In this document: in pieces, positions 39,028 to 53,649 of the stretch
Layout: every line of letters starts with the position of its first letter
How positions within the stretch are numbered: the first letter of the stretch is position 1
Origin: the human T2T-CHM13v2.0 reference genome, Homo sapiens
Assembly: GCF_009914755.1 (NCBI RefSeq)
Contig: NC_060928.1
DNA length: 64,000 nucleotides
Reading direction: 5' to 3' (one strand)
Made by a program: the position numbers and the translations under genes
The notes under the pieces: generated by a model
Told to the model about the DNA's origin: nothing
What the model saw: only the letters and a program-made list of their open reading frames with translations
The model's database searches: none

Positions 39028-39774
39028 CCTAAAAGCCTTTTCCTCATAGTTAAAATGACTCAACTGAGCCAGATCTTCCATAAGTTTACTTCCAGATCTA
39101 AAGTCCTATGATTTCAAAGTTACATTATTTAGATAAAATTTTTTAGTGATTGTAATCTACCATTTTAGGGATTTCCTTTAAAATCATAATATAATTGTTT
39201 GCTTTTAAAACAATGAACAGTGTAAAAATCACAATTCCTTTCATTTTGTCAGTAAAAACACAAGTCTATTGCAGGTGACTAGACATATATGCAGCAGAAA
39301 ATAGAGTTTCACCTACATGACCCAAAGTAAATAAACCTTAATTACTTGGCATGTACTCATTTAAGTACTTTATATCAAGAGACACAGGGATGAAGATGAA
39401 GGGAGCAAGATAGTACTTCTTGTTTGACCAGACTAATATATTAAATACATGAAAATAATTATTTCCCCATAAAAGCAAACTTCATACAATTTCTGGCTCT
39501 CAAGGTTCTTTCCTTTTTCTATGATGACAAATCTTCAATGCTCTCAAAGACCATACATTTTCAAGCATAAACATGATAATGCTTCTACAGGTAAGTATAC
39601 AAGCCTATGGGATGAGATTTGTCCTTGGTGCCTTTTAGTAAAAGGCCAGCCAGAATGTGCTGCTGAAGAAGTCTCAGATGTTGATTCTCAGTTGAACAAA
39701 CCAGACACACAAACTTTTGTAAAGCAGAGTGCAAAGTTTACCAGGAAATGGACATAAAAGGGACTTCATATGTG

Positions 39775-41085
39775 TTTTTTTTTCAAGTTTTATTTTACCT
39801 TTAGTGGACACATAATCGTGCATATTCATGAGGTACAGTGAGATGTTTTGATACATGTATAAATTAGGTAATGATCAAATCAGGGTAATTAGCTTATCCA
39901 TTACCTGAAATGCTTGTCATTTCTTTGTGATAAGAATATTCAAAATCCTCTCTTCTAGCTATTTTGAAATATATATATTATTGTTAACTGTATTCCCTGT
40001 TGTGCAATAGAACATCAGAACTTGTTCTTCCTATTTAACTGTAATTTGTATATTGGCCAACCTCTCCCATTTCCCCGCTTTTCTCCCCAGTCTCTGATAA
40101 CCATTATTTTAGTTTACCTCTTATAAAAATCAACTCGAAATGGATTAAAGACCTACATGGAAGACCTGAAACAACTACGAAACTACTAGAATAAAACATA
40201 GGGGAATGCTTCATTACATTGGTCTGGGCAAGAATTCTTTGGATAAGGCCTGAAAAACACAGGCAACAAGAGCAAAATAGACAAACGAGGTTACATCCAA
40301 ATTAAAAAGCTTATTACAGCAAAGGAAACAATGAACAGAGTAAAGAGACAACCTACAGAATGGGAGAAAATATTCACCAACTATGCATTTGACAAGGGGT
40401 TAATATTTAGAACATGTAAGGAACCCAAACAACCCAATAGCAAAAAAAAACAAAAAAAAATTTCAGATTAAAAAATGGGAAAAAGATCTGAATAGACAGT
40501 TCTCAAAATAAGATATGCAATTGGTCAAAGTATATGCAAAAATTCTCAACATCAGTAATCAGCAGGGAAATGCTAATCAAACCATGATGATATATCATCT
40601 CACCCCAGTTAGAATGGCAATTTTCAAAGAGACAAAAAATAACAAATGCTGAGGAGGATGTGGAGAAAGGAGAACTCTTACATGCTGTTGGTGGGAATGT
40701 AAATTAGTACAACCATTATGGACAACAATATGAAGATTCCTCAAAGAATTAAAAATACAACTATTATATGATCCAACAATCCCATTACTGGGTATATATC
40801 CAAAGGAAAATCAGTGTGTCAAATAGATATCTTCCACTCTCATGTTTATTGTCACACTATTCACAATAGCCAAGATAGGAAATCAACCCAAGTGTTCATC
40901 AACAGATGAATAAATTCCAAAATGTGATATATACACAGTGGAATAATATTAAGTCATAAAATGAATAAAGTCCTGTCATTTGCCACAACATGGATGAACC
41001 TAGAGGACACTACGTTAAGTGAAATAAGCCAAGCACTGAAGAATAAATACAGCATGATATCACGTACATGGAGAAACTAAAAAAT
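39775..41085 (-). mobile_element. L1MA with 5' inversion (39775-40120 on minus; 40121-41085 inverted, reading on plus)
   Basis: Poly-T and L1MA 3' UTR on minus, followed by ORF2 C-terminal sequence on plus that ends where the minus part begins. Candidate TSD ATATGTG at 39768-39774 and 41086-41092. Confidence 0.9.
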
Positions 41086-42423
41086 ATATGTGGATTTTAC
41101 TATCCAACCAATAGAGTAGTCAAAGTGGATGGTCGTAGGTAAATGATAACACTATCTTCTTAAATTAACATAAATATATTAAAGAAGTTCAGGCAGTAAG
41201 AAATGGGCAACCAAGGGCTAACAATATTCTTTTCTTCACTAGGTTGATACCAACTTGCTAAAGTGGCTGCTATCAAGAGTATTTATAGCACTGTGTAAAC
41301 TAGTGACTTGAGTTTTACATCCAAAAGCTTTGGTTAATATTACCATCGATGTTTAAAGCTGAGTTTAATGTCTAAAAGCTGCTCAATAAACATTTTAGTA
41401 CTGCTCTTTTCCAGTGATCTGAATTCAATAATGTTACCTTTTGAGAAGCTGCAAAATGGAAAGTGAAAGAATGATTTATGAAGCCTGGCTATGCATGGCC
41501 AGATAAGAAAGCCTTAACTGATGCTTGCAAGATTCTCTTTAATGAAGTACAAGTTGCCAAGATAAGTTTAGGTAAATGAAGCTTCTGTCACATTATGTTA
41601 TAGTGAAAGAAATGACAGACATAGCACAGAAGATGGAGGTTAATACAAAATGGTAGTGTCAAACAATGTAGTCTAGGTAACTGCACAAAGATGGAGCAGA
41701 TGCATTAGTGTTATTACTATAAACAAGTTCATAATACTACAACACATTCATGGAATCCATTCGAATTAAGCCTAGCAGCTTTCTTTGTTTAAGTTGTCAC
41801 TTAGGCTGCATGCAGATCATATTTCTGAGCCATCGACTCCTTTCAAGTAAAAGCTCCTGTATTCAGTACCAACTTCTATTTAGATTGTACTGTTAACCTT
41901 AAAACCTCTAATGTTTTGCCTTTTCAATGATTTCCTAAGGCAATGTCTGAATACTTTGTTGAAAATGTTACTTTCAGGGCTACGATTTGAATGAAGGAAT
42001 TGTCACACCTTCATATCCCCAGTTTTCTCAGTCTGAATGCAAAGAGAAATTGTGAATACAATGGATTGAGAGAACTCAGCTGTGTCCCTTAGGCAATACA
42101 ATGGGGAGTGGGTCTGGAAATCCAATATATATTTTGTGATTTCAGTTCAGGATAATCTGGGGGTTGACTTTGCTTGAAAGAAATAATTGTCTTAAATCCA
42201 TTTTGGCATTCTTCTGTGGAGAATGCTGGTGGCCCACTATTACACCAGAAACAGTCAAAGATGGAAGGAGGGAGTTAATTGTGCTGTGACATTTGGCATT
42301 GAACTTGCCTAATGCATAAATACTAGATTTCCCTTAGTTTAAGATTTCCCTTAAACTCCCACAGTTCTAGATTTCTATGTATAATTACAAAGAAAACACA
42401 TTGACAAAAATAGGTATAAAAAG

Positions 42424-42447
42424 TACACACACACACACACACACACA
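42424..42447. repeat. (CA)n microsatellite, about 11-12 units
   Basis: Seen directly. Confidence 0.95.
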
Positions 42448-42803
42448 TGCATAGATACTAAAAGAAAAAAAACCCTCAATTCAAAACAAATGTACTAGAC
42501 AACCATCTTATGGAAAATATACAGTCTTTCATTTCTGACATTGAATAGAGAAATCATTTGCTCATATTGCAAACTGAGCTGCACTCAGAAATCTATGGAC
42601 CACTCTTTCTCTGAATAATTTTAGAGCAAACTCCTAAAGAAATAATGCTATACTTTTGTGAAAGGCATGCAGCTACATTTTTGAAATAACAGGTAGTACA
42701 ACATGATGGACTGTACAGTGTTAATTTTTCTATTTTTAAACATTTTCTTAACATCTGATCTTAAAAACGTGTTTTTCTGTACTACTTTGACTTATTCTTT
42801 GTA

Positions 42804-42900
42804 CTTTTCCCTCTTTCTTTCTTTCCTTTCTTTCTTTCTTTCTTTCACTTTCTTTTCTTTTGTTTCTTTCCTTTTCTTTTCTTTTCGTTTCTTTTTTTCT
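42804..42900. repeat. Degenerate (TTTC)n polypyrimidine tract
   Basis: Seen directly. Confidence 0.9.
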
Positions 42901-44079
42901 GCTAGCTGAGTAAAGCAGTCAGCTATGCGTGGTCCCTAACTTACAGCTAAGTTTCTTTAGAACCCAGAAATTGGATGCTCCTGGGCGGGGATAAAGAGTA
43001 GCAAGGAATGTAAAAATGGTAATGTGGATCTGGGCTTATATACAAATGTCTACAATCTACAAATGATCACAAGATACCACTTGTGATTTAGGCATTGCTT
43101 GTAGCTGATAAATATCAGATAAAGGGCCAATGGACAAAAATAAGTAAAGTGTTCAGAATATTTTACTTTCAATAATAATATATTAGGAGAAAGTACAATA
43201 TCCAAGCTCAAAAATAGAACAGTTTGTAGCATATAAACATTTCACCACCCTCTCCCATTTCCCATTTTAGGAGCCCTTGACCCAGTTAAATTTTAGTCTG
43301 TTCCATACAGGCATCAAGCATTTCCTACAGTAAAATTTTCCCACCAAATCATTTAAAGAACCAAGATGCAGATTCCAGCATAAGAAAAAAAATATCCTCC
43401 AGCATGATGTGCTGGGAACACAGCACCATTTACTCCCAACTGTTATACCACTTTCTAGAGAACTCTGGTTTCCACCCATCTAGAAACCCTCCCCTTTAAT
43501 TATATTTTACAAACTGCCTGTGACTGGCATATTTCCCATCAATGTACACATACCAAGTTCCTAGTCAGTGGTATTTACAACTTAAAGCCTAACTTTCTAA
43601 AATTTCTCTGAAATAAACTTCAGTGTCTCATTTTCTTTCCCCACCCACAAACTGCACACACAGTTTTAATCCTGCTAAACACCATACTCCATAGTTTCAT
43701 CTCATATTCTCTCATCCCAGCATCTTAAATATAATCTCTATGGAGCTGTGGCCTATCCTCTTTTGTCACAGGATCACCTACTTCAGTCATAGGCACTTGC
43801 TTGCCCAGAAAATTTCAATTAAGACACAGCGAGCCTCTGAATAGTGGAGTGTAGGCTGGAAATTATTCTTTATGTGTCTGTGTTCCACTATGGTGCCCTT
43901 ATAGCATTCCTCACATGCCCCAACCCTCACCACATGTACCAATTTCCTCTATCAAGGCTCTTGGGCACACTTGCCATGAGACTTCAGGTCTCCACATGCC
44001 TTGTTTGGTCTTAATATCTGAGACTTTCACAGTGGCCAAATCCTCCTTGCAGCTGTCTCCCTTCAGTTGTACTGCCCTT

Positions 44080-44430
44080 TTGTTCCCCTGAGCTTATCAC
44101 GCTCTTCCATGACATAGGGTTTCAATTATGCTCTTCCTTTTCATATACTGAGTCACACTCCCTTCATCTAGTTAACTCCTGCTTATCTTTCTAGTCTCAC
44201 CTTGAAGTTGATTTCCTTCTCTTTAACAATCCAGATAAAGTTAAACCCTTTTGTACACCTTCTTCACAGCAATCATAATGAAGAATTAATTTTTTGAAAT
44301 TTTTTAGTGTCTTTTCCACTAAATTTTAAGCTTCATGACATTGGGGGACAATTTTTGCCATGCTTACTGCTGCGGTTCTAGTTCTATAGACTCATTGGGT
44401 ATTTCAGAATAGTTGTTGGATAAGTGAATA
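44080..44430 (+). mobile_element. L2 3' fragment
   Basis: CTAGTTAACTCCTGCTTATCTTTC...CACTAAATTTTAAGCTTCATGA...TTGTTGGATAAGTGAAT. Confidence 0.6.
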
Positions 44431-44459
44431 AAAAAAGTATGTAGAGAAGAGTGAATAAA

Positions 44460-45150
44460 TGTTCTGGATATATATTACCAAATTGCTTTCTAAACTTTTA
44501 CAAACTTAATTTATGCTTTTCTTGCAGATTTGAAAGTGCCCATTTACCTGCACCTTTAAGTATATTGAGTATTTTTATACTCACTTAAACATTTTTAAAT
44601 TATATAATTCATACTTTTATAAAATGTTTAATAAGTGAAAAATGTGTAATTTTTCATTAATGATATCAATATTTTTCATATGTTTATTATTGATTTATCT
44701 GCTTATGTCCTTAGTATGTTTGAAATCATCTTCGATTTATTAGATCTCTATTTGTCAAGAATATTACTCATTCTTTATCAATTCATTACAAAACTTCCCT
44801 CAGTTTGTCATTTTAATTTTTAAATAGACTTCATTTTTTAGAGTAGTTTTCAGTTTATAGAAAAACTGAGCAGACAGTATAGAGAATTCCCTTATACTCC
44901 CTCTCCTCTCACCATCAGCTTCCCTTATTTTTACCATCTTGCATTAATGTAGTACATTTGTTACAATTGATGGACCAATATTGGAACATTATTAAGTCAA
45001 GTCTACAGTTTATGTTAAGGTTCTTTGAGTTGAATCAAATGTGTAATGTTACCTGTCCACCATTTTAGTACCATACAGAAGAATTTCACTGCCTGAAAAA
45101 TCCCCTATACTCCCTCTGTTCATCCCTTCCCTTCTCTTCCTTACTACCTT
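44460..45150 (-). mobile_element. Old L1M fragments including an L1MC-like 3' end (about 44815-45150)
   Basis: AATAGACTTCATTTTTTAGAGTAGTTTTCAGTTTATAGAAAAACTGAGCAGACAGTATAGAGAATTCCC...GTACATTTGTTACAATTGATG. Confidence 0.75.
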
Positions 45151-45227
45151 TAATAGATCCGCTGGTAGAGCAGAGGACTGTCAACTGGGTATCTGCCATT
45201 GTTAGTTTATTTTGTTTATACTTTTAG

Positions 45228-45558
<331 letters not shown>

Positions 45559-47042
45559 AAGATATAGTATTTTATATAATGAAATCTATTATGTAAAAAT
45601 TTCCTTCTGCACACCAAATAGTCAAATTTAATAAGCCATTCCAACAGAAATGAAATAGTTTTTGTTTCCTATTTACTGTACTCATGTAAGTTCTCCAATT
45701 AGAAAATAAATAGATTAGGAGCGGGAACTGACTATTTTCTACAAAATGTGCTTAATCAGGAACTATGCTTTTATATATACCAAATATCCTAGAATTATAA
45801 CCAGACATATGTATTGAGTAAAAAGAAGGCAGTAAAAAGGATACGCCAGACAAGTGAACAAAGTTCATTACTAACTTCCTTGAGATCTCTTTGAGATCTC
45901 TTCCTTTTCTCTTTGAGAACCAAGAAGGAATGAATAGCTCAAAAGATCCTTCACATCACTCTTCTGAGCCAAAATGCCTGAATTAAATAACAAAGAGTGA
46001 GTCCTCATGGTAGCAATACTGGATGTATAGATACTCAGGTTTAATGGCTTCTGAAAATCTCTTAACAGGAGAGGATTTAAAGTAAAACTGGTCTCCTTGT
46101 CTGCTAACTTGCCTTTTCTGATTCTCCATGATGCCTTTGGTGCCTTTTCTTTGGAATGCCTGAGACCCATCCTGCTTGGCTCTTCCATTCCCATTATACA
46201 CCCACCCAGTTTTATAATCATTTCATGTATGTGTCTATATTCATTGCTAGAGTAAGAGTTCCTTGAAGGCTGAGATCATGACTAATTCAAATTTCCGTCT
46301 TTGTTTCCTAGCACAAAATCTGACATAAAGCAAGCCCCTCTACACCTCAGTCTCTCCATCTGAAAAACAAATACAATAAAAATGTGAAAGCAATATTGAA
46401 ATATAACAAGCATGGAATAAATTTTATTTTCAGTCATTGGCATTCTCTCAAAATATTCATATAACCTCTTGCATTGCATTTTTCAGCTTTTTCAGAAAAA
46501 TAAAGAGGCAAAAAGAGAGGCAATTATGTTAAAATGAAGCAAAAGTTATTTAGGAGAGAGTTCTAAATTTATTATTTAAGAAATTATGCTTTCACAGTCA
46601 TATTTCTATCTTGCAGCTTTGCTTCTTCCAAGTTCATAATTTGTTAGTTGAAGCTCTATTAGCCAACATAAAAGGATTCTCACACATTCTTGGAAAGTAT
46701 GATTTTCATGATACAAGAATATCACAGTTCCAATTACTATGCTGTCTATATGAGGATTGCTATGAATCATAGATCTAAAGATTTTTATTTATTTCTCCAG
46801 AGGAAAAGCATGCTAAAATGCATTTTATTTATGAGGTGTTTTATTGTTTTATTGGCATTTCTTCTAAGAAATTATTGTTTTCTTAGCCATGTATCTACCT
46901 ACACACACATATAATAAAATAACTGCTTCGTATTAAGCACGTTTGATAGGCACTGCACTAAAAGGGTCTTTTATATAATTTTATCAAATCCTCAAAACAA
47001 ATTTATTAGGTAGAATTATTCTTTTTCTAATTTTATAACTAA

Positions 47043-47988
47043 TGATAGGGACAGGAGGCGGAGAAATTCTAGGTAGAAAAGTGCAGGTCCCTGGCGAAGG
47101 CCCACCCTCAAGTTGAAAGGCTTGAGACCATGGCCCAAAGTGAAAACTTACATTTCTGTTTTCCTGCTCAAATGTTGCCTTTTCCAAAACCACCCATGGC
47201 CCTGCCCACCCCCCGATTCTATGCTTATAAAAACTCCAGAACTCAGCTGGCAGAGAGAAGTAGCAGCTGAACATTGGAGACTATGGCTGGATATTGGAGA
47301 GAAGCAGCTTGACTGCAGAGAAGAATCCAGACGGAGATGGCCGGACTTCAGGGGAAGATTACCTTCCTGCCCTGTCCTCTTTTTAGCTCCCCTTCCTGCT
47401 GAGAGTCACCTTCATCAGCAATAAAATCCCCCACATTTACCATTGTTCAATTCATTCATGCAACCTAATCTCCCCCGGCCACCAGACAAGAGCTCGGAAG
47501 CCATGAGTGCAGATGCAAAGGCTGTCACACTGACCCTTTCCCCTCGCTGGTGGAAGAAAGCTGCCTCATGTGAAAAGACAAAGGGTCCACTGAGCTGTTA
47601 ACACTTAAGCCGTCCATGGATGGCTGAGCTAAAAGAGCACTGCAGCACTCCCTTTGGGGCTTCAGGGGTCAAGAGAAACCCCCTAGATGCTGTGGCAGGG
47701 CTGGCATGGAGTTGGCTCCTGTTGGCGCCCAAAGGCACATGTATCAGCCCCTGCATCCACTCATCTGCGTGCCCCCTCCCGTGAGGGATAAAACACACAG
47801 GTCTGAGTGAGCAGAGCTTGCTCCTGCTGGTACCAGAGTGGCTGGCTGACTCCAGTGCTCATGTACTCCAGTTCCCGCCTCGTTAGCGCCTGTGCTCCTT
47901 CATGGGAGGAGTTGAGAGCTGGGGGCTGAGTAAATGGAGCACCCCTGTCATGCGTCCCATGAAGTGGTCCGGGAAATATCCTGCTTCA
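47043..47988 (+). mobile_element. ERV1-class solo LTR (LTR27/LTR28-like) nested in a MIR
   Basis: TG...CA termini (TGATAGGGACAGGAGGC...CCTGCTTCA), TATAAAA at about 47227 and AATAAA at about 47420. GC-richer than the flanks, which rejoin as a reversed MIR (TTTTATA|..AAAGCTCAGAGAGG). Confidence 0.85.
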
Positions 47989-48344
47989 ATACGAAAACCA
48001 AAGCTCAGAGAGGCTGAGTTTAGCCCATTGTCACGTGGACAAATACAATAGTAAGGTTTCCAAATGAAGTATGTCTGATTCACATGCCTTCAAAAGCAAC
48101 TCTGTACTTCACTAAAAAAACTGTTGACTGAATGTCCAGCACAAACCCTATCTTAAAAGACATATTAATAAACTGAACTTTGGTTAATAGACCAACTATA
48201 ACCTGTGGAGTGAAAAATCTTTATTTTAGTACAGGATGAATGCTCTGATTCTGTCGTTGATATGGTTGTAATACTATGTATTTCCTTATTTACCGTACTT
48301 ATTGAAGCTTTCCCTTTCTGTACATCTCTTTTCAGACTTTTGTT

Positions 48345-48600
48345 GAGTTGGAATGTAGAGACTCTTAGTTATGAGCATGGACTATGGAGCACGATTTCCT
48401 GACTTGAATCCCAATTTTGCTACATATTAGCTTTTGACTTTGGGCAAGTTGTTTCACCTTTCTGTGCCTCAATGTCTACCTCTATGTAAAAAGAATAATA
48501 ATGCACTCCTTCATGGTGTTGTTTTGTGCTTAGTTTCTACATTTAAAGTGTGTAGAATATTGCCATAGCATAGGGAAAAATAAACAAATCTAAGCTATTT
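48345..48600 (+). mobile_element. MIR
   Basis: GAGCATGGACTATGGAGC...TGACTTTGGGCAAGTTGTTTCACCTTTCTGTGCCTCA. Confidence 0.8.
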
Positions 48601-49299
48601 TTTCTTATCCAAAAATAACTAAATACTAGTTTTGACTGCATATGGCATATGTGAGAGAAGCAAAGGATGGATGATGAAAAGGGAAAAAGAGCAGCAGAAA
48701 GTGAACAGAAAGCTTCAGCAGAAAAAACAATAATTCAATGAGACCAAAAAGGCATAGATTCTTGTTGTAATAACTGTTTTTATTTCAAAGTATTACTTTT
48801 CTGAAGCAGTGACTCTCTCCCAGGTGTCAAGCCTGGACTCTTAGTTACTAGCTTGGCCAATTGGCAAGTGTGCCCAGGTGAAGAGCCACTGCAGACCCTA
48901 ATTCACCACTTCCTTCCCAGCTGTTTTACTCAGCATTCTTGGGTCTTTCCGACAGAACTGTTTTTCAAGTACTTTAGGAAATACCACTCCGCTTTTCTGA
49001 GGTTTTGGCTTAGCTTCCTAATTTCCTGCTTTATGAACTTGCGTAATTTATCAAATATCTTGAGGGGGAACCCAGCCATGTAGCTGAATGTCCTCAATTT
49101 CCCCATTTTGTCCACTCCAGCGAGTGGGGCCACCTAAAGCTTTGCTGTTTTCCATGTCCATTTTGGTCTGCCTAGCCCCCTGAATCTCAGTTTCTAGCTG
49201 GGTTTAGAATTAAAAAGTGTCCCCTGGAAAAAGTTGAGCCCTCAACTCACCTCTCTGAAATTGTACTCTGTCTCTTCTTTGTTTCTGCAGCTGGTACTG

Positions 49300-49404
49300 C
49301 TTTATTAACTTATCTCAACTTTTATTTTAGGTCTATGGAGTACATGTGCAGGTTTGCTACTTCGGTATATTGCATCCAGGTAGTGAGCATAGGGGCTAAT
49401 AGGT
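49300..49404 (-). mobile_element. Very short L1P 3' end
   Basis: AACTTTTATTTTAGG...TACATGTGCAGGTTTGCTAC...CCAGGTAGTGAGCATAG...AATAGGTA. Confidence 0.75.
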
Positions 49405-49509
49405 ACCATATATACATATATTTTCCCTCTAGTTGTTCTCAGAGTGTTCGCCTACCTATTCTAACCAACCCACTAGATTTAATTTTTTAAAAAATCTTCA
49501 GATAGGTAT

Positions 49510-49690
49510 TTTAGCTAAGTGCTTTGACTTTCTCTATGCCTCAGTTTCATATCCATTAAATAAGGCTAATCAGAATACTGTCTCATAAAAGTATTGTGAG
49601 GACTGGATGAGTTAATATATGTAAAATGCTTACAGTGGTACTTGGTGACAGTAAGGGATGGGGTAATAAGTGTTAGCTATTATAATTGAA
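49510..49690 (+). mobile_element. MIR
   Basis: TTCTCTATGCCTCAGTTTC...TTGTGAGGACTGGATGAGTTAATATATGTAAAATGCTTA...TGTTAGCTATTAT. Confidence 0.8.
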
Positions 49691-51371
49691 GACAACTTCA
49701 GAGCACAGGAAATCAGATTATTTGTGTAATCTTTCATTTCATATACTAATTTGAAAATTAATTTGTAATAAATTAACTTATCCTAATAGTTATTAACCCT
49801 ATTAAACTCATTGTCTTCTTTTAAAAAGGCAATTTTAATGACTCATCTACTAACTTAAAGTACACAAATAACATAATCTACATTAAAATCATTATAGAAA
49901 AACGTTATAGTGGCCTATGTAAAATATAAATATAAAAGAGAAATAATTTATGATAAATTAATATAAATTTTGATATAAACATAATCAGGCATGAATACAC
50001 TAGAAGACAAAATGTAGTCTGATGTTTTTGTTTGCTTATAATGAGTAAATTTAAATTTAAAAAAGGTCAGAACCTTTTACATTAAAGAATACAGAAAAAG
50101 AAAAAGTGCAGTGGCATAGAATATTGAAATAAAATTAGTGTTATAATGAGTAATGACATACTTCTTAGAGAAGAAAGCAGAATATAACACCAATTGAAGT
50201 AGAATTTACACTCCAAGATACATTACTTGAAGTGAAGAAAAAAATGAGGTACTGTATTCATGCAAATGTGCCAGGCTGTATTTGTATGTGTAGTATCATT
50301 TAAAATTGCGTTATGTTATGATGTGATTGCAGTAAAATATATCACAGAGAACCCAAGTAAAAGCTCTGGTGTCTGACTGTCTGGACACTTCAAAGTCATT
50401 ATAGGACATGAAAATAGTTTTCATTGTTCAATGAGTGGATATTCAAAATATTTACCATTCTATCCAATCAGGATTGAGAGCACTGTTATTACCGGAACTG
50501 AATACAAGAGACTTCCGTGAGGCCAGACTATTATCTGATTATAGCCAGACTATAGCATTAAGTAGCCAGATGGTTACATGCTGGCAGGCCACGGTCACCT
50601 GGTAGAGGCCTGCACCTAGCGGAACAGCTTTTATATGTCTACCTGTAAGAGAGCATTTCAATGTTTTAAGAACCAATACAGCTGCACCAAAGTGACCCAC
50701 CTAAATAGTAGCCCTCACAGTATGAAACTGTCCTGAACACCATAGGCACATAGGGTCTTTGGCCACAGCCCATATTAGTAGCGTCTTTATGGTGACTGAA
50801 CAGACATTACTCAGAATTTTAAAAAAACAATCTGGCGGGGGAAGGGGCTGAAGCATATCACATTATTTCAGTTAGAGTAAAGCAAATACTGTATAATATC
50901 TATTATTAACTTTAGTAAGTCTCTATTTGCTACCTGAAAAGCAATAGAAAAAGTTGGTAGAGAAAGTACTATCCCTTTCATATAAAATCTGTTGCTGGTG
51001 AGAAAAGCATTTATGAGAGAGGGGCTTTCATTTTTCTTTTCATAAGAAGTATTCATGTGCTCACATTCTGCATATTTTGGCATGTGTAATCTAGTGAATG
51101 CAACCTCAGCAAATGAAGCAAACTGATTATTCACTCAAACTCTCTTCTTATATTATTTGAAGAAAAAATAGTGAAACTGGATATTATCTTGTTTTTGATA
51201 TTTGAAGCACTGTGGCCATCAGTTATTTCTTTATAGAGCAATTTAGAGACTGGAAAATACTTATTAGTGTGTCATTTGAATACTGGATACATTCCTCAGA
51301 CTAGAGGTCCACAGTTAATCAAATAATATGAAATACATCCAAATGCAACTTTATTAACAATTTCCATATAA

Positions 51372-51716
<345 letters not shown>

Positions 51717-53649
51717 TAAATCATTTTACTTACTTTGACCTTGTGCAAAATAAAGTTTTTCCTTTTTCTTATCTTTAAATTATTCACCTGACCTGTAAAA
51801 TGTATGCATTTAAGATAATTCTGAGAAATATATATTACTTTTTTTATCTTTATATAGACACGTCAACTTTGTTTTCAAGCAATAGGGAAGTTGTCTATAA
51901 TATGTCCAATGTCTTTACCATAAATATAAAATTAATACATACCAAATTTTGTAAATCAAATTAAGATTTGAAGTATTGAAATGAATAATTACCTCTTGTT
52001 ATAAGTGGCATTTTAAGGAATATTTACTTGTGTATGTATTGGAGTTGTTATTAGTTATCTTATTTTGACTATATACTACTAGAATTTATATAATTTTGCA
52101 TTTGGATTATGCAAAAAGCTGTTTAGTTTGTGGGAGATTTGGGGAAAATATTTTGGTAAATTTACATAGAAAATAAATAATACATTAATTCTCTCTTGTA
52201 TTTTTAGAATAGTAAATTAAGTTCAGGGTAAAATTTCAAATAGCACAAAAAAGTTTTTCTCCTACTCTTGAACCCTAGCTCCTCAATGGCTCTACCCAGA
52301 GGGAACTATAATTTATAGGTTATTTTTAAAATATAATTCTAGAAAATTTCATGAATATTCAGGATATTTAAAAACATATTTTAATATATGATGCCTATCC
52401 AGTTTATATTTAAGCTAAGCTATTTGCTTTTTCTCTCTCTGAGTCCTGGAAATTTGATTAACCATTTTACCAATAGCATCTTTCTCCTTTGGAAATCATT
52501 AGATTGTTACTTGTTTGTTAGAATTTTGGTAACAATGGGGGAAACAGAGAAGTTGGGTCATAGAAGGCTAAGATTTGCTTAATTTCCAAGTTATGAATCC
52601 CCATGGACAGAATCAAAACAAGAGGATGCGGACAAAAAAGATACAAAGGAGAAGCAAGTTATATACTCAAGTGTTTCCCGTTTTATTTATGGAGCCCTTC
52701 CAAAGAATAGTAGAATCTTTAGATGCTCAATTAATGTTGCTGAATGATGAATGAATGAATGAGTTTTTCTGAACTCAGAACGAGGCCACTAGAACATTCT
52801 TCTTTGTGTCAACATCCGGTTCAATACATCTATAACTCAAACATGCTCAAAAGTAAAATTTTTCTCTGTGGATGAAGGATAGGAAGTTGACAAGATTAAA
52901 GCCTTAACCAGGAAAATAGAAAGTCAGAGATTTGTAATGGTCATAAAAGGCTTGATATTTGGGTTAAAAGCTGCTATCAAAAACTATGTGAGAGCCACAA
53001 AACACTATTACTGGGTCAACATTTTAACTTATGGAATTTTTCTAAAATTTATGACTGTCTCCAGGACAAGCATTTTCAGTGTTGATTCTCAATTTGTCGT
53101 CTTTTGAGATAAAGATTTTACATTTAGTATCCAGCACCATAAGCTCAAATTTTTCCCCATTGAAATATTTGCAGGTAAATTTATTGTACTTGACAAAGGC
53201 CAGATTTATAGCTCTGGTACCTGAGTCACTTGGTTATGCCCAGAAATAATACAAGTTTAACAGTAACTCCCACTCTTTGTTGATAGCATGGAATTATTTT
53301 CCAAAAGTGCCCTGTACTATACTACTATTATCTCTAAAATCTGCCAGCAAGTGGCTCTCTGTACCCATCACTCTCATGTATATGTCTACATGGGATAAAA
53401 TGTCAGATCATTCAGTTGATCATTTCATTTGTTCAGTTATGCTGAACAAAATCCACTTTTAAAAATTTTGCTAAGCTTTTCAGAATATTAGAGGAAGAGC
53501 AGGCTAGTTTCCTGTAATCTCAAACCCTAACCTAATTAGATTTGTAGGTGTTTTTCACTAAAGTGTAAATACAGAAAAGGGGGTAGATTGTCTCTTTTTC
53601 ATTTGATTCTCATTTGAGATTACTCAAGATAACCATTTCTTCTTTGGAA

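Noticed and set aside
39500-39596. Consensus splice donor CAG/GTAAGT at about 39588-39596 downstream of a pyrimidine tract
   Set aside because: No clear AG acceptor follows the tract and I found no partner exons. A few such matches are expected by chance in 64 kb.
46335-46390. Strong-looking minus-strand acceptor TTTGTTTTTCAG/ATGGAGAGACTGAGG
   Set aside because: It resembles the MIR core (CAGATGAGGAAACTGAGG), and no supporting donor or reading frame was found.
49790-50850. Possible decayed hAT-Charlie DNA transposon
   Set aside because: Only faint resemblance near 50700-50850. I could not identify TIRs or an 8-bp TSD.
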